Source: Candidatus Cloacimonadota bacterium (GTDB taxonomy: Bacteria; Cloacimonadota; Cloacimonadia; Cloacimonadales; WRIO01). From it: a DNA stretch of 30,864 bases. The translations under genes and the position numbers were made by a program. The stretch covers positions 1 to 30,864 of the forward strand of contig JAKQQL010000329.1 of the NCBI GenBank assembly GCA_029564175.1, written 5' to 3'. Position 1 is the first letter of the stretch; each line of letters begins with the position of its first letter. Shown here piece by piece: positions 18,732 to 27,129 of this stretch. Under the pieces are notes generated by a model. It saw only the letters and a list, made by a program, of their open reading frames with translations, had not been told where the DNA came from and searched no databases.

Positions 18732-19232
18732 TTGGCATCAGTATTTTTAAGACCTTATAAAGAACATGATTTCAAAGTATTATTTGAGATCAGAAATGAT
18801 CCCGTGATTCAAACTTTACTTATTACCCATCATAAACCTAATACCACTTCAGAGGTATTAGAGTGGATCTTAGTAAAGTCAAATTCAATTGATGGAGTTT
18901 TCTTAATTATTGCAAATTCTGATGATAATGCTTTAGGCTTTGTTCAGGCAAAAGAAATTGACAGGATTAGTTTGACATGTTATGCAGGGATTGCTTTACA
19001 TCCCCAAAATCAAAAGAAAGGTATATTTCCCGAAGCTTTTGGATTATTTGAGCAATATCTAAAAGAAACTTTCGCCATTAGAAAAGTAATTGTAGAAATT
19101 TTGGAGGGGAATATTCCGTCATTAAAATCCTTTCAAAGGATAGGGTATACTCAGGCAGGTATTCTATCTGAACATTATTATCATGATGGCATTGTCAGTG
19201 ATGTGATAATAATGGAAAAACTACTGAAATAA
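18732..19232 (+). CDS. GNAT family N-acyltransferase (RimJ/RimL, PseH-like)
   Basis: FLRPY...IRND, QKKGI, GNIPSLKSFQRIGY...GILSEH; follows a sugar aminotransferase. Confidence 0.75.
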   Translation: MASVFLRPYKEHDFKVLFEIRNDPVIQTLLITHHKPNTTSEVLEWILVKSNSIDGVFLIIANSDDNALGFVQAKEIDRISLTCYAGIALHPQNQKKGIFPEAFGLFEQYLKETFAIRKVIVEILEGNIPSLKSFQRIGYTQAGILSEHYYHDGIVSDVIIMEKLLK

Positions 19233-19235
19233 ATC

Positions 19236-19994
19236 ATGAGTAAATCTATTGTAATTTCTCAACCATATTATTTCCCCTGGATCGGTCTTTTTGAGCAATT
19301 AATCCAGTCAGATATTTTTGTCCATTATGATGATGTACAATTTTCTAAAGGCCATTTTCAGGATAGAGTTCAGATTAAAACAGAAAATGGATTTAAGTGG
19401 ATAACTGTACCAAAATCAAATGTTAAAATTTCCCAGAAAATTAATGAGATAAGGATAGATTATAGCAAAAATTGGCAAAAATCACAATTGGATTTTTTAA
19501 AGCAAAATTACAGAAATGCACCTTTTGTAAATGATATGATAGGGCTTGTAAGAATGGTTTTTAATGAAAACCCAGTATTTATCTCTGATGTATCGATTAC
19601 CAGTATTGAAACTGTTGCAGGATACTTTGGCTTGATGGATGGCCGAATGTTTGTTAAATCATCAGAAATTAAGGATATCCCAAGTTCAAAAAAGACGGAA
19701 CGGGTATTGAATATATGTAAATATTTTAATGCGGATAAATATATTACAGGATATGGCGCTCTTAAATATTTTGATTTTGAATTATTTGAAAAACATAATA
19801 TTGAAGTGTGTTTTGTTGATTATCAGATAAAAGAATATAAACAACTTTATGGCGACTTTAATCCATATGTGTCCATTCTTGATTTAATTGCCAATATTGG
19901 CAGAAAGGGGATTGAAAATATTGGCTCACAGTCTGTTTACTGGAAGGAGTTTATAAAAATGGATAAATCAATTAAATACTTGCAAAAAAAGTAA
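19236..19994 (+). CDS. WbqC-like protein (putative glycyl/aminoacyl transferase)
   Basis: ISQPYYFPWIG, FVHYDDVQF, WITVP, QNYRNAPF, YITG.GA..Y, Y.QL.G.F.PYVSILDL. Confidence 0.85.
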   Translation: MSKSIVISQPYYFPWIGLFEQLIQSDIFVHYDDVQFSKGHFQDRVQIKTENGFKWITVPKSNVKISQKINEIRIDYSKNWQKSQLDFLKQNYRNAPFVNDMIGLVRMVFNENPVFISDVSITSIETVAGYFGLMDGRMFVKSSEIKDIPSSKKTERVLNICKYFNADKYITGYGALKYFDFELFEKHNIEVCFVDYQIKEYKQLYGDFNPYVSILDLIANIGRKGIENIGSQSVYWKEFIKMDKSIKYLQKK

Positions 19995-19995
19995 G

Positions 19996-21039
19996 ATGAA
20001 ATGCCTTTTGATAATATCTGGTGGTCACTCAATAACAAAGTCGGTTGTTAATGGATTTAATTCCCACAACTGGGATGTTATGGTTGTTAACTATAAAGAT
20101 TTTTTTAATTCAACGGTTAATTCATTTATTAAGAATTTAGAGTTTGCCCCTAATCGTTTAAAAGACTTATGGAAAACCCCTTACATAAGATTACTTAATA
20201 AAAATTATGTTGGAATATTTGAGAAAGAAAATCCTGATTTGGTCTTTATTTACAATAACCAATATTTGTTACCTGATACCCTGGAATTAGTCAGAAAGAA
20301 ATCGAAAATTGTTTTTATACTTGGCGACCACCCTCTTTATACTCCAACCAACCCTTATAATCTGCATTTACTTAAGTATGCTGATTATATAATTTGTCCA
20401 GATACTTTTTGGCTTGAACAGATTAAAATCATTGGCATCAATAATGTGTATTTTGATTTTTTTAGCTATGATCCTGAATCATATTATCCTTTTGCTCCAA
20501 GCCAGAAGCAAAGAAAAATCTATAATTCAGACTTGGTTTACATAGGTACAGCACATAAAACTGCTTGGGGCTATAAACGATTTTTATTTCTCAGTCATTT
20601 CAAAATGTTTGATTTGAAAGCTTACATTAGTGGTGATGGATATACAAATAAATGGAGTAAGTTATTCCCTGAATTAAATAATAAAATTATCAAACACGAT
20701 GTTGTTGATAATCAGTTTAATAATATGGTTTACAATTGTAGCAAAATAGCTCCCATAGAGCTGGTCCCATCTCTTTTCAATGGTATTCATATAAGAGTAT
20801 TTGATGTTTTAGGAGCAGGTATATTCCCTTTATGTGAGTACAGTAAAGATCTGGAAATTTTATTTCAGGGGCTTGATGTTCCGTTGATTAAACATTATAG
20901 CGAAGCTGAAGGTCTCACAAGAGCCTTGTTAAATGATGATAAATACAGGAAAATGCTCATTAAACAAATGAGAATAAGGGTTGAGGATATGCATAATCCA
21001 AAAATTGTAATAAGCAGAATGTTAAACAAAGTATTCTGA
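19996..21039 (+). CDS. CgeB-like (GT-B) glycosyltransferase
   Basis: PDLVF, DPESYYP, SDLVYIGT, VYNCSKIA, RVFDVLGAGIF, R...H C-terminal pattern. Confidence 0.7.
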   Translation: MKCLLIISGGHSITKSVVNGFNSHNWDVMVVNYKDFFNSTVNSFIKNLEFAPNRLKDLWKTPYIRLLNKNYVGIFEKENPDLVFIYNNQYLLPDTLELVRKKSKIVFILGDHPLYTPTNPYNLHLLKYADYIICPDTFWLEQIKIIGINNVYFDFFSYDPESYYPFAPSQKQRKIYNSDLVYIGTAHKTAWGYKRFLFLSHFKMFDLKAYISGDGYTNKWSKLFPELNNKIIKHDVVDNQFNNMVYNCSKIAPIELVPSLFNGIHIRVFDVLGAGIFPLCEYSKDLEILFQGLDVPLIKHYSEAEGLTRALLNDDKYRKMLIKQMRIRVEDMHNPKIVISRMLNKVF

Positions 21040-21265
21040 TTCAAAATAGAAGTTTCTTAAAAAGTGATGGATATGCCTGGTTATTTAGAGTAAAAACAGG
21101 AAGTGGGAGATTTGAGTTTGTGATTTCACGACAGCAATGAGAATTAATTTTCAGAAAAAGATTAATACAAAAATATATTGGGAGAAAATTTGACAGATAA
21201 AAATGAATAAATATCTGAACATTTATTAATAACAAGTCGATTAGGTTAGGTCGGAAGAAGTATAA

Positions 21266-22648
21266 ATGAAACGCATTCTTAATTTAATAGAAATCCGCTT
21301 TTTGTTGAGTTATTTTGTTTTAATTATTGCTCATCATGTATTACCAGATATTGTTGGACAATTAGCTCTTCTTATTAGCCTGGCTATATTTTTCAGAAGT
21401 CGGCATAATTATTTTTGGCTGGCTCTGTTCACATTAATGTTTAGCAGTGCAGCGGGATTCTTTTCGAGCTCAGTGAAATCACTGTATATAGGGGCGGTAC
21501 CATTTTTTGTAGTTTTCTATATTACCCTAATAGCCAAGTATATATTAACAATAAAGAAGTTCCGCATTTTTTATGCAGGCCCTTTTTTACTGATATTATT
21601 ACTGATGATTTTATTAAGATTATTTACAGGGTTTAGTTTAAATGGATTTCTAAAAAGCAATATGGCATTTCTTATGATTGGAATTCTGCCTTTCTTTTTA
21701 AAAAAATTCACCGATATTATTATGTTCTTTAAATTAATTTTTGTTGGTGTTTTTATTGTTTTTGCCGGGCAATTATTTCATATTTCAACAGGAATTAATT
21801 TTGCCGGTTATTTGTTTGGTGTCACTTATGACCCACTTGGCAGAATTGTAGTTGATCCGGAAGGGTTTATACGGCCCCTTGAGGGGATCACAGTTTCTCT
21901 ACTAGGATTATTTGGCAGCGTTTTCCTTTACTCAGTTAATAGAAAAGAACTATACTATAAGGTTGTTATTATTATTTCATTAGTGGCAATATGGTTTACA
22001 GCTACCAGGGGTTGGATACTGGCATCAGCTATTATTATTGTTCCATTCTTATTTCAAATAAAACTTAGAAATTTAATAAATACCGGCCTGGTAGTATTAA
22101 TGCTTTTTTTATTGATATCAAAGGTGAATATAATTGAAAATCAGGTTACAAAAGTTTTGGAACGAGTTCAAACCCTGGAATATACACTTGAGGGCGATTT
22201 AACTGCAGGAGGAACAGTTTCCAGGGCAACAAGCCGGCATGAGCCTGTTTGGAATAAATTTTTAGAAAGGCCAATTATGGGATGGGGTTATTCAACCGAA
22301 TTCGGGAATATAGGAGATCCTCATGTCGGAAATCAAAATTTGCTTTTACAGATCGGAGTTTTTGGATACATATTATTTATGGCGTTAATATTCAGTTTAG
22401 TAAAAAATATGTTCTCTTTGGGAAGAAGAATCAAAGCCCTGAGTTTTACAACAACAATACTGATATTTTTTATTATGGGTATTTTTATGATTCATAGTAC
22501 CTCGCGGCAGATGTTCGGGTTAGGAGGTGATTTCACATCTCAGTTTTCCATAGCCTTGGTTTTTGCTCTGGCCAATTTTGTCTATTATAACAGGTATGAA
22601 ATGATAGTCAGGATTAAAAAGCAAGATGACACTGTAATTTATACATAA
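21266..22648 (+). CDS. wzy: O-antigen polymerase/ligase family membrane protein (probable Wzy)
   Basis: Many TM segments; TATRG, R...W..FLERPIMGWG, DPHVGNQNLLLQIGVFG (Wzy_C-like); lies in a wzx/wzc locus. Confidence 0.7.
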   Translation: MKRILNLIEIRFLLSYFVLIIAHHVLPDIVGQLALLISLAIFFRSRHNYFWLALFTLMFSSAAGFFSSSVKSLYIGAVPFFVVFYITLIAKYILTIKKFRIFYAGPFLLILLLMILLRLFTGFSLNGFLKSNMAFLMIGILPFFLKKFTDIIMFFKLIFVGVFIVFAGQLFHISTGINFAGYLFGVTYDPLGRIVVDPEGFIRPLEGITVSLLGLFGSVFLYSVNRKELYYKVVIIISLVAIWFTATRGWILASAIIIVPFLFQIKLRNLINTGLVVLMLFLLISKVNIIENQVTKVLERVQTLEYTLEGDLTAGGTVSRATSRHEPVWNKFLERPIMGWGYSTEFGNIGDPHVGNQNLLLQIGVFGYILFMALIFSLVKNMFSLGRRIKALSFTTTILIFFIMGIFMIHSTSRQMFGLGGDFTSQFSIALVFALANFVYYNRYEMIVRIKKQDDTVIYT

Positions 22649-22671
22649 GCTTACTTTCATTTCTGTTTATA

Positions 22672-23751
22672 GTGAAAACCGATCATAAGATTCATATTAT
22701 TCATTTTCAATCCTCCCCTGGAGGGATAGAAGTCTTAATGCCTGCTTTAATAGAAAGCATGAAGGGATATAATTTCAGGATATTTGTTCTGCGACCGCCT
22801 GAAAAAGATAAAATAAATGTTTATTCCGCTTTCAATGAGAATTTGACAACTTATGGGGCAACGAGTAATTTAGTTAGCTTTTCCAAGCTTTTTATATATG
22901 CATTGAAAAACCATTCTGATATTTTTCATTTGTATAATGTAGGACCTTTTGTGTTATTATTAGTTCGATTAGCAGGAATAAATAAAATAGTATATTCTAT
23001 CAGAGGAACAAAATATTGTAAAAGACCATGGCAAGCTCTTATAATAAAATTATCATGGTATTTAGCTTTGAACAAAAGGGTAAGGTTAATTGCAAATTCC
23101 ATTTTCAGCAAATCTGTATTTTTGAAAGAAATTTCCAACAGGTATCCAATAAAAGTTTTATATAATCCTGTTTATAGAACTAATTTTAATATTTATAGCA
23201 GAGATTCGGTGCATAAAGAATTAACAATCATTTATGTAGGTCGTCTTGCCTTGGGGAAGAACCTTTTCAGGTGGCTTGATGTTGCTAAAGCCATTCATAA
23301 TAATTTTCAAAATGTATGTTTTAAATTGTATGGTCATGGTCCTTTGAAAAATGAGTTAATAACTTATGCAGAAAAACTTAAAATTAACTCTGTAGTAAAA
23401 TTTATGGATTTTACTGCAGATATCAACTTAGCATATTGTCAAGCCGACCTGATGATTTTCCTTTCAGAGTATGAATCTTTTGGAAATGTTGTTGTTGAAA
23501 GTATACTTTGCGGAACTCCGGTAATAGCTTCTTCTATCCCTAGCATGAAAGAAATATTTCAAAACTATCCGGATTTTTTGGTGGATCTAGATGATAGATT
23601 GGAAGAAAACATTCTGAAAAAAGTTGATAATATTGATCAATTAAAAAATCTGGTTCCAAAAGCAACTAAAGAGTTCAAAATCCGTTTTTCAATTCAACAG
23701 CATGTAGAAAAACTGAAAGGAATTTATAATTCTTTCAATATAATACCTTGA
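22672..23751 (+). CDS. Glycosyltransferase family 4
   Basis: GGIE, IANS, YVGRL..GKN, SEYESFGNVVVESILCGTPVIAS (EX7E motif). Confidence 0.9.
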   Translation: MKTDHKIHIIHFQSSPGGIEVLMPALIESMKGYNFRIFVLRPPEKDKINVYSAFNENLTTYGATSNLVSFSKLFIYALKNHSDIFHLYNVGPFVLLLVRLAGINKIVYSIRGTKYCKRPWQALIIKLSWYLALNKRVRLIANSIFSKSVFLKEISNRYPIKVLYNPVYRTNFNIYSRDSVHKELTIIYVGRLALGKNLFRWLDVAKAIHNNFQNVCFKLYGHGPLKNELITYAEKLKINSVVKFMDFTADINLAYCQADLMIFLSEYESFGNVVVESILCGTPVIASSIPSMKEIFQNYPDFLVDLDDRLEENILKKVDNIDQLKNLVPKATKEFKIRFSIQQHVEKLKGIYNSFNIIP

Positions 23752-24881
23752 CCTTGATAGCTGTTCCTGTGATATATTATCATTCGGTGGGACTTAAAAA
23801 TCCGCACTGGGGAAAAAACTTTCTGACACTTGATCTCCCATATTTTGAGAATCATTTAAAATATTTTTCAAAACATTATAAAACTATCAGCCTGAAAGAA
23901 TATTGGGAGATATTAAATGGTATAAAAGATCCTGTAAAAAGACCATTAATTATAACGTTTGATGATGCTTACCTTGATAACTGGCAATATGTGTATCCGC
24001 TGCTGAAAAAATATGGATTGAAAGGAACTATATTTATCAGTCCTGAGTTTGTGGATGGGCGTAACCTGATACGGCCCAATTTATTAGATGTTTGGAATGG
24101 AAATGCTGATGAAAACGATCTTATAAAATGGGGTTTTCTTAGCTGGGAGGAAATGCGGATTATGGAAGCTTCGGGTGTTATGGATATACAGTCTCATACA
24201 ATGTCTCATACTAAATATCCAGTCTCAGATAAACTGTTGGATTTTCATCATCATGGTGCTGATTACCTCTATTATATTGCGAACTCTTTTCCTGAAAGGA
24301 AAGCTTACTATATTGAAGATACTGAATTTGAAAACTTACTTCCTTATGGTTACCCGGTCTTTGAAATGCAATCGGCAGTTATTGCCAGGCAAGTGAAAAT
24401 TAATCCTACATTTAATGATTATTGTATAGACACATTCAGGGATTATGATTTCGGCAACTATAACTTTGAAAATGCATTTGAACGGATTAAAGATGAATAT
24501 GAAAAATACAAACAAAATAGTTCTCTGATTCTCTCAACAGAAAGTGAAGAAGATTACAAAGACAGAATCAGATATGAGATTTATGAGTCAAAAAAGATAA
24601 TTGAGCAGAAATTGAATAAAAAAGTTGAATTTCTATGCTGGCCTCATGGTGATAATAATGAATCCTTACACCGTATGGCACTTGAGGCTGGTTATCTAAT
24701 GACAACAAGGGGTAAAGCACAGGGAATAAGTAAAACTGACCCGACAAGAATCCCCGAAAGAATGGGAATTAAGTTTTCTACGTGGTTTAAAAAGCAAAAG
24801 ACGATTTTTAAATTAAAGGCTTTCTCTGGAAAATCACCATATTCTGAAGTTCTTAAATTAAAACGATACTTTGTAAATTGA
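23748..24881 (+). CDS. Polysaccharide deacetylase (NodB/CE4 family) with internal insertion
   Basis: VPVIYYH, ITFDDAYLDN, QSHTMSH, EIYESK..IE..L, CWPHG. Confidence 0.85.
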   Translation: MTLIAVPVIYYHSVGLKNPHWGKNFLTLDLPYFENHLKYFSKHYKTISLKEYWEILNGIKDPVKRPLIITFDDAYLDNWQYVYPLLKKYGLKGTIFISPEFVDGRNLIRPNLLDVWNGNADENDLIKWGFLSWEEMRIMEASGVMDIQSHTMSHTKYPVSDKLLDFHHHGADYLYYIANSFPERKAYYIEDTEFENLLPYGYPVFEMQSAVIARQVKINPTFNDYCIDTFRDYDFGNYNFENAFERIKDEYEKYKQNSSLILSTESEEDYKDRIRYEIYESKKIIEQKLNKKVEFLCWPHGDNNESLHRMALEAGYLMTTRGKAQGISKTDPTRIPERMGIKFSTWFKKQKTIFKLKAFSGKSPYSEVLKLKRYFVN

Positions 24882-24885
24882 TAAA

Positions 24886-24950
24886 ACCGCGGAAACGTAA
24901 AGAAACTAAGGTCGCAATAAAGGTACTTAGCGCCTTTGCGTCTTAGCGGT
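24886..24950. repeat. ORF-less copy of the 8-nt-unit inverted-repeat element
   Basis: accgcggaaacgtaaagaaactaag, 15-nt spacer, cttagcgcctttgcgtcttagcggt (18/25 complementary). The right arm plus gaaaa is nearly identical to 27105-27134. Confidence 0.8.
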
Positions 24951-24959
24951 GAAAAGAAC

Positions 24960-26648
24960 ATGATTGAATTCATTCTGGAAGTACAGTTAAGCAGCAAAAA
25001 AACGGAGCTGGATAAACTTTTTATTCAAAAACCGGGAATAGAGCTACATTTGAATGGTAATGACTATGAGTTTATCGCCTGGGGTGATCCGATAAATGAT
25101 CCAGGATTCAAAGAAAAACTCTCAAAAAATTTAACACCTGAGTTTATTGTTAATAATCTACATGGTCATTATTACTACATTCTTTTGGATAAATCAAGTG
25201 GTACTTTGCTTGCAGGAAACTCATTGTTTTCGATATTGCCCTTATACTATTTTCGAAATAATGATAAAATTTTAATTTCCGATAATGCATTAAGAATTGG
25301 GAAATATCTTGATCTTAATGATATTTCTAAAAGATTCATTCTCGAAACAATACTTTTTAATTACCCTCTTTTTAATGACAGCATATTTGAAAGTATTAAA
25401 CTACTTCCGGCTAATTCGTATATTATTTGTTCAGGATCAAATTCAGACATTTTAAAACATACAGAAATCCAGAATCATTTTTCAGCAACACCAAAACCCT
25501 GGAAAAAATCGACCGGGGAGATAAGAGATGTATTTATATCATCAGTCTGTAAATACCTTCCTGATAAACATTATGTTCATGCACTGACAGGAGGATTTGA
25601 CGGGCGAACTTTAGTATCTGTTGCTATATATTTCAATAAGATTTTTTCATGCTACAGTTTTGGTTCGAAAAATTCAAAAGACACCCGAATTGCATTACAG
25701 TTAGCAGAAAAGGCGGGAATTTCATTTATTAATTTTGAACTGGAAGATTCATATATTAAAAATGATTATCTGCCCTGCGGTAAGGAGTTCATTATAAACT
25801 CATCAGGAACAGCAACTTTTGCCAGGTCTCATTACCTGCATTCAGCAAAAAGGCTTTCCAGTGATTTTCAACATATTATTACAGGCAATTTCGGAAGTGA
25901 AATATTCCGTGCTGCACATATTGCCGGAGCTGTGATTTCTTCAAATCTTTATGCTCTGTTTGATTCAGAAAGTTCTGATGAAGGGATAAGAAAGATTGAA
26001 GGCAGCAGGGAGTTTCAGTGCCTCAACACTAGTAATTTCAAATTACAATTTGAATCCCTGAAAGAGGATATTCTTCATCTTCCTTGTTATGATAATGCAT
26101 TATCGGGCCTGACAAAGAATCAAAGGTTTTATGTATTTGTTTTTGAAGAGATTTTCAGGAAGTATTTCGGAGCGGAAATGGTAAATCAGTTCCGGTATGT
26201 AAAAAACAGAACGCCATTTTTGGACATTGAATTTCTTAAGGCAATTTTCAAGACGGAACTGGCAGGGATACATTCGGATTTCTTTGAACATAATCCTTTT
26301 AAGAGATACAAAGGTCAGGTACTCTATGCAAACATTATAAAAAGTACTTATCCCGGGTTTGGCAAAATGCTAACCGATAAAGGTTATCGGCCAGACGATC
26401 TTATTAATCCATTTGGAAAACTTAACATAGCAAAAGGATACCTTAAAAAGGTTATAAGAAAATCTTCGCCCGATTTTGATCCTTATGCTGTTAGCAAAGC
26501 ATGGGAGTATAATAAAGACTTCTGGCTGAAGATTCCAATTTCAGGTGATTTATTTGATTTAACCGTGATAAAATATATTCCCAGGGAAATTTTATTTAAA
26601 ATTTTAAGTTTATCATACATTAGTGATTTCATACCGCAAAGACGCTAA
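24960..26648 (+). CDS. Asparagine-synthetase-like amide synthetase lacking the N-terminal catalytic Cys
   Basis: Start ATG 24960 (MIEFILEV). Degenerate Ntn-like region (PLYY, IKLLPANS), PP-loop-like ALTGGFDGR, TGNFGSEIFR, RTPFLD. Confidence 0.7.
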   Translation: MIEFILEVQLSSKKTELDKLFIQKPGIELHLNGNDYEFIAWGDPINDPGFKEKLSKNLTPEFIVNNLHGHYYYILLDKSSGTLLAGNSLFSILPLYYFRNNDKILISDNALRIGKYLDLNDISKRFILETILFNYPLFNDSIFESIKLLPANSYIICSGSNSDILKHTEIQNHFSATPKPWKKSTGEIRDVFISSVCKYLPDKHYVHALTGGFDGRTLVSVAIYFNKIFSCYSFGSKNSKDTRIALQLAEKAGISFINFELEDSYIKNDYLPCGKEFIINSSGTATFARSHYLHSAKRLSSDFQHIITGNFGSEIFRAAHIAGAVISSNLYALFDSESSDEGIRKIEGSREFQCLNTSNFKLQFESLKEDILHLPCYDNALSGLTKNQRFYVFVFEEIFRKYFGAEMVNQFRYVKNRTPFLDIEFLKAIFKTELAGIHSDFFEHNPFKRYKGQVLYANIIKSTYPGFGKMLTDKGYRPDDLINPFGKLNIAKGYLKKVIRKSSPDFDPYAVSKAWEYNKDFWLKIPISGDLFDLTVIKYIPREILFKILSLSYISDFIPQRR

Positions 26649-27129
26649 GACGCGAAGGGTACAAAGTAAAATATAACGGTCTGGTGTCATAGAGGTAAAA
26701 TCTTATAATATGCAAAAGCAGGAATTTGAGAATTACGCAAGAGAGATTCTTGATTCATCAATAATGGTTCACAAAGAAATGGGGCCGGGCCTGCTTGAAT
26801 CAGTTTATCAGTTTTGTCTCGTAGAGGAACTAAGGTCGCGTAATGTTTATGTCGAAGAACAGGTTTCAATTCCACTGTTTTACAGAGGCAGACCTCTTGA
26901 TAAGGATTTCAGGATTGATGTTTTGGTTGCCAAAGAAATAATAATTGAACTTAAGTCTGTTGAATTCTTACTGCCAGTTCATGAAGCACAAATTATTTCC
27001 TATCTGAAATTAGCGAACAAACGTTTGGGATTTCTTATTAACTTCAATGTTCCGCTTTTGAAATCCGGATTCAGGCGGTTTGTGAATAATTATTGATCAA
27101 TATTCTTAGCGGCTTTGCGCCTTTGCGGT
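26633..27129 (+). mobile_element. Putative intervening/mobile cassette: GxxExxY gene bounded by inverted arms of 8-nt tandem units
   Basis: Left arm accgcaaagacgctaagacgcgaag (26633-26657) and right arm cttagcggctttgcgcctttgcggt (27105-27129) are 21/25 complementary. Mobility is inferred, not shown. Confidence 0.6.
26710..27096 (+). CDS. GxxExxY protein (PD-(D/E)XK nuclease superfamily)
   Basis: VHKEMGPGLLESVY signature; RIDVLV...IIIELKS (D..ExK); HEAQIISYLK; GFLINFN; 128 aa. Confidence 0.93.
   Translation: MQKQEFENYAREILDSSIMVHKEMGPGLLESVYQFCLVEELRSRNVYVEEQVSIPLFYRGRPLDKDFRIDVLVAKEIIIELKSVEFLLPVHEAQIISYLKLANKRLGFLINFNVPLLKSGFRRFVNNY

Noticed and set aside
24936..24959. N-terminal extensions MRLSGEKN (24936) and MRLGGKER (28230)
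   Set aside because: These are TTG starts created by the repeat right arms; downstream ATGs 24960 and 28254 are preferred.
24960..26648. AsnB-like protein as a lasso cyclase (or ATP-grasps as graspetide ligases) for the 71-aa peptide
   Set aside because: It is 23 kb away, there is no RRE or leader peptidase in the window, the peptide lacks a lasso or graspetide core pattern, and the sugar-locus context explains these enzymes better.
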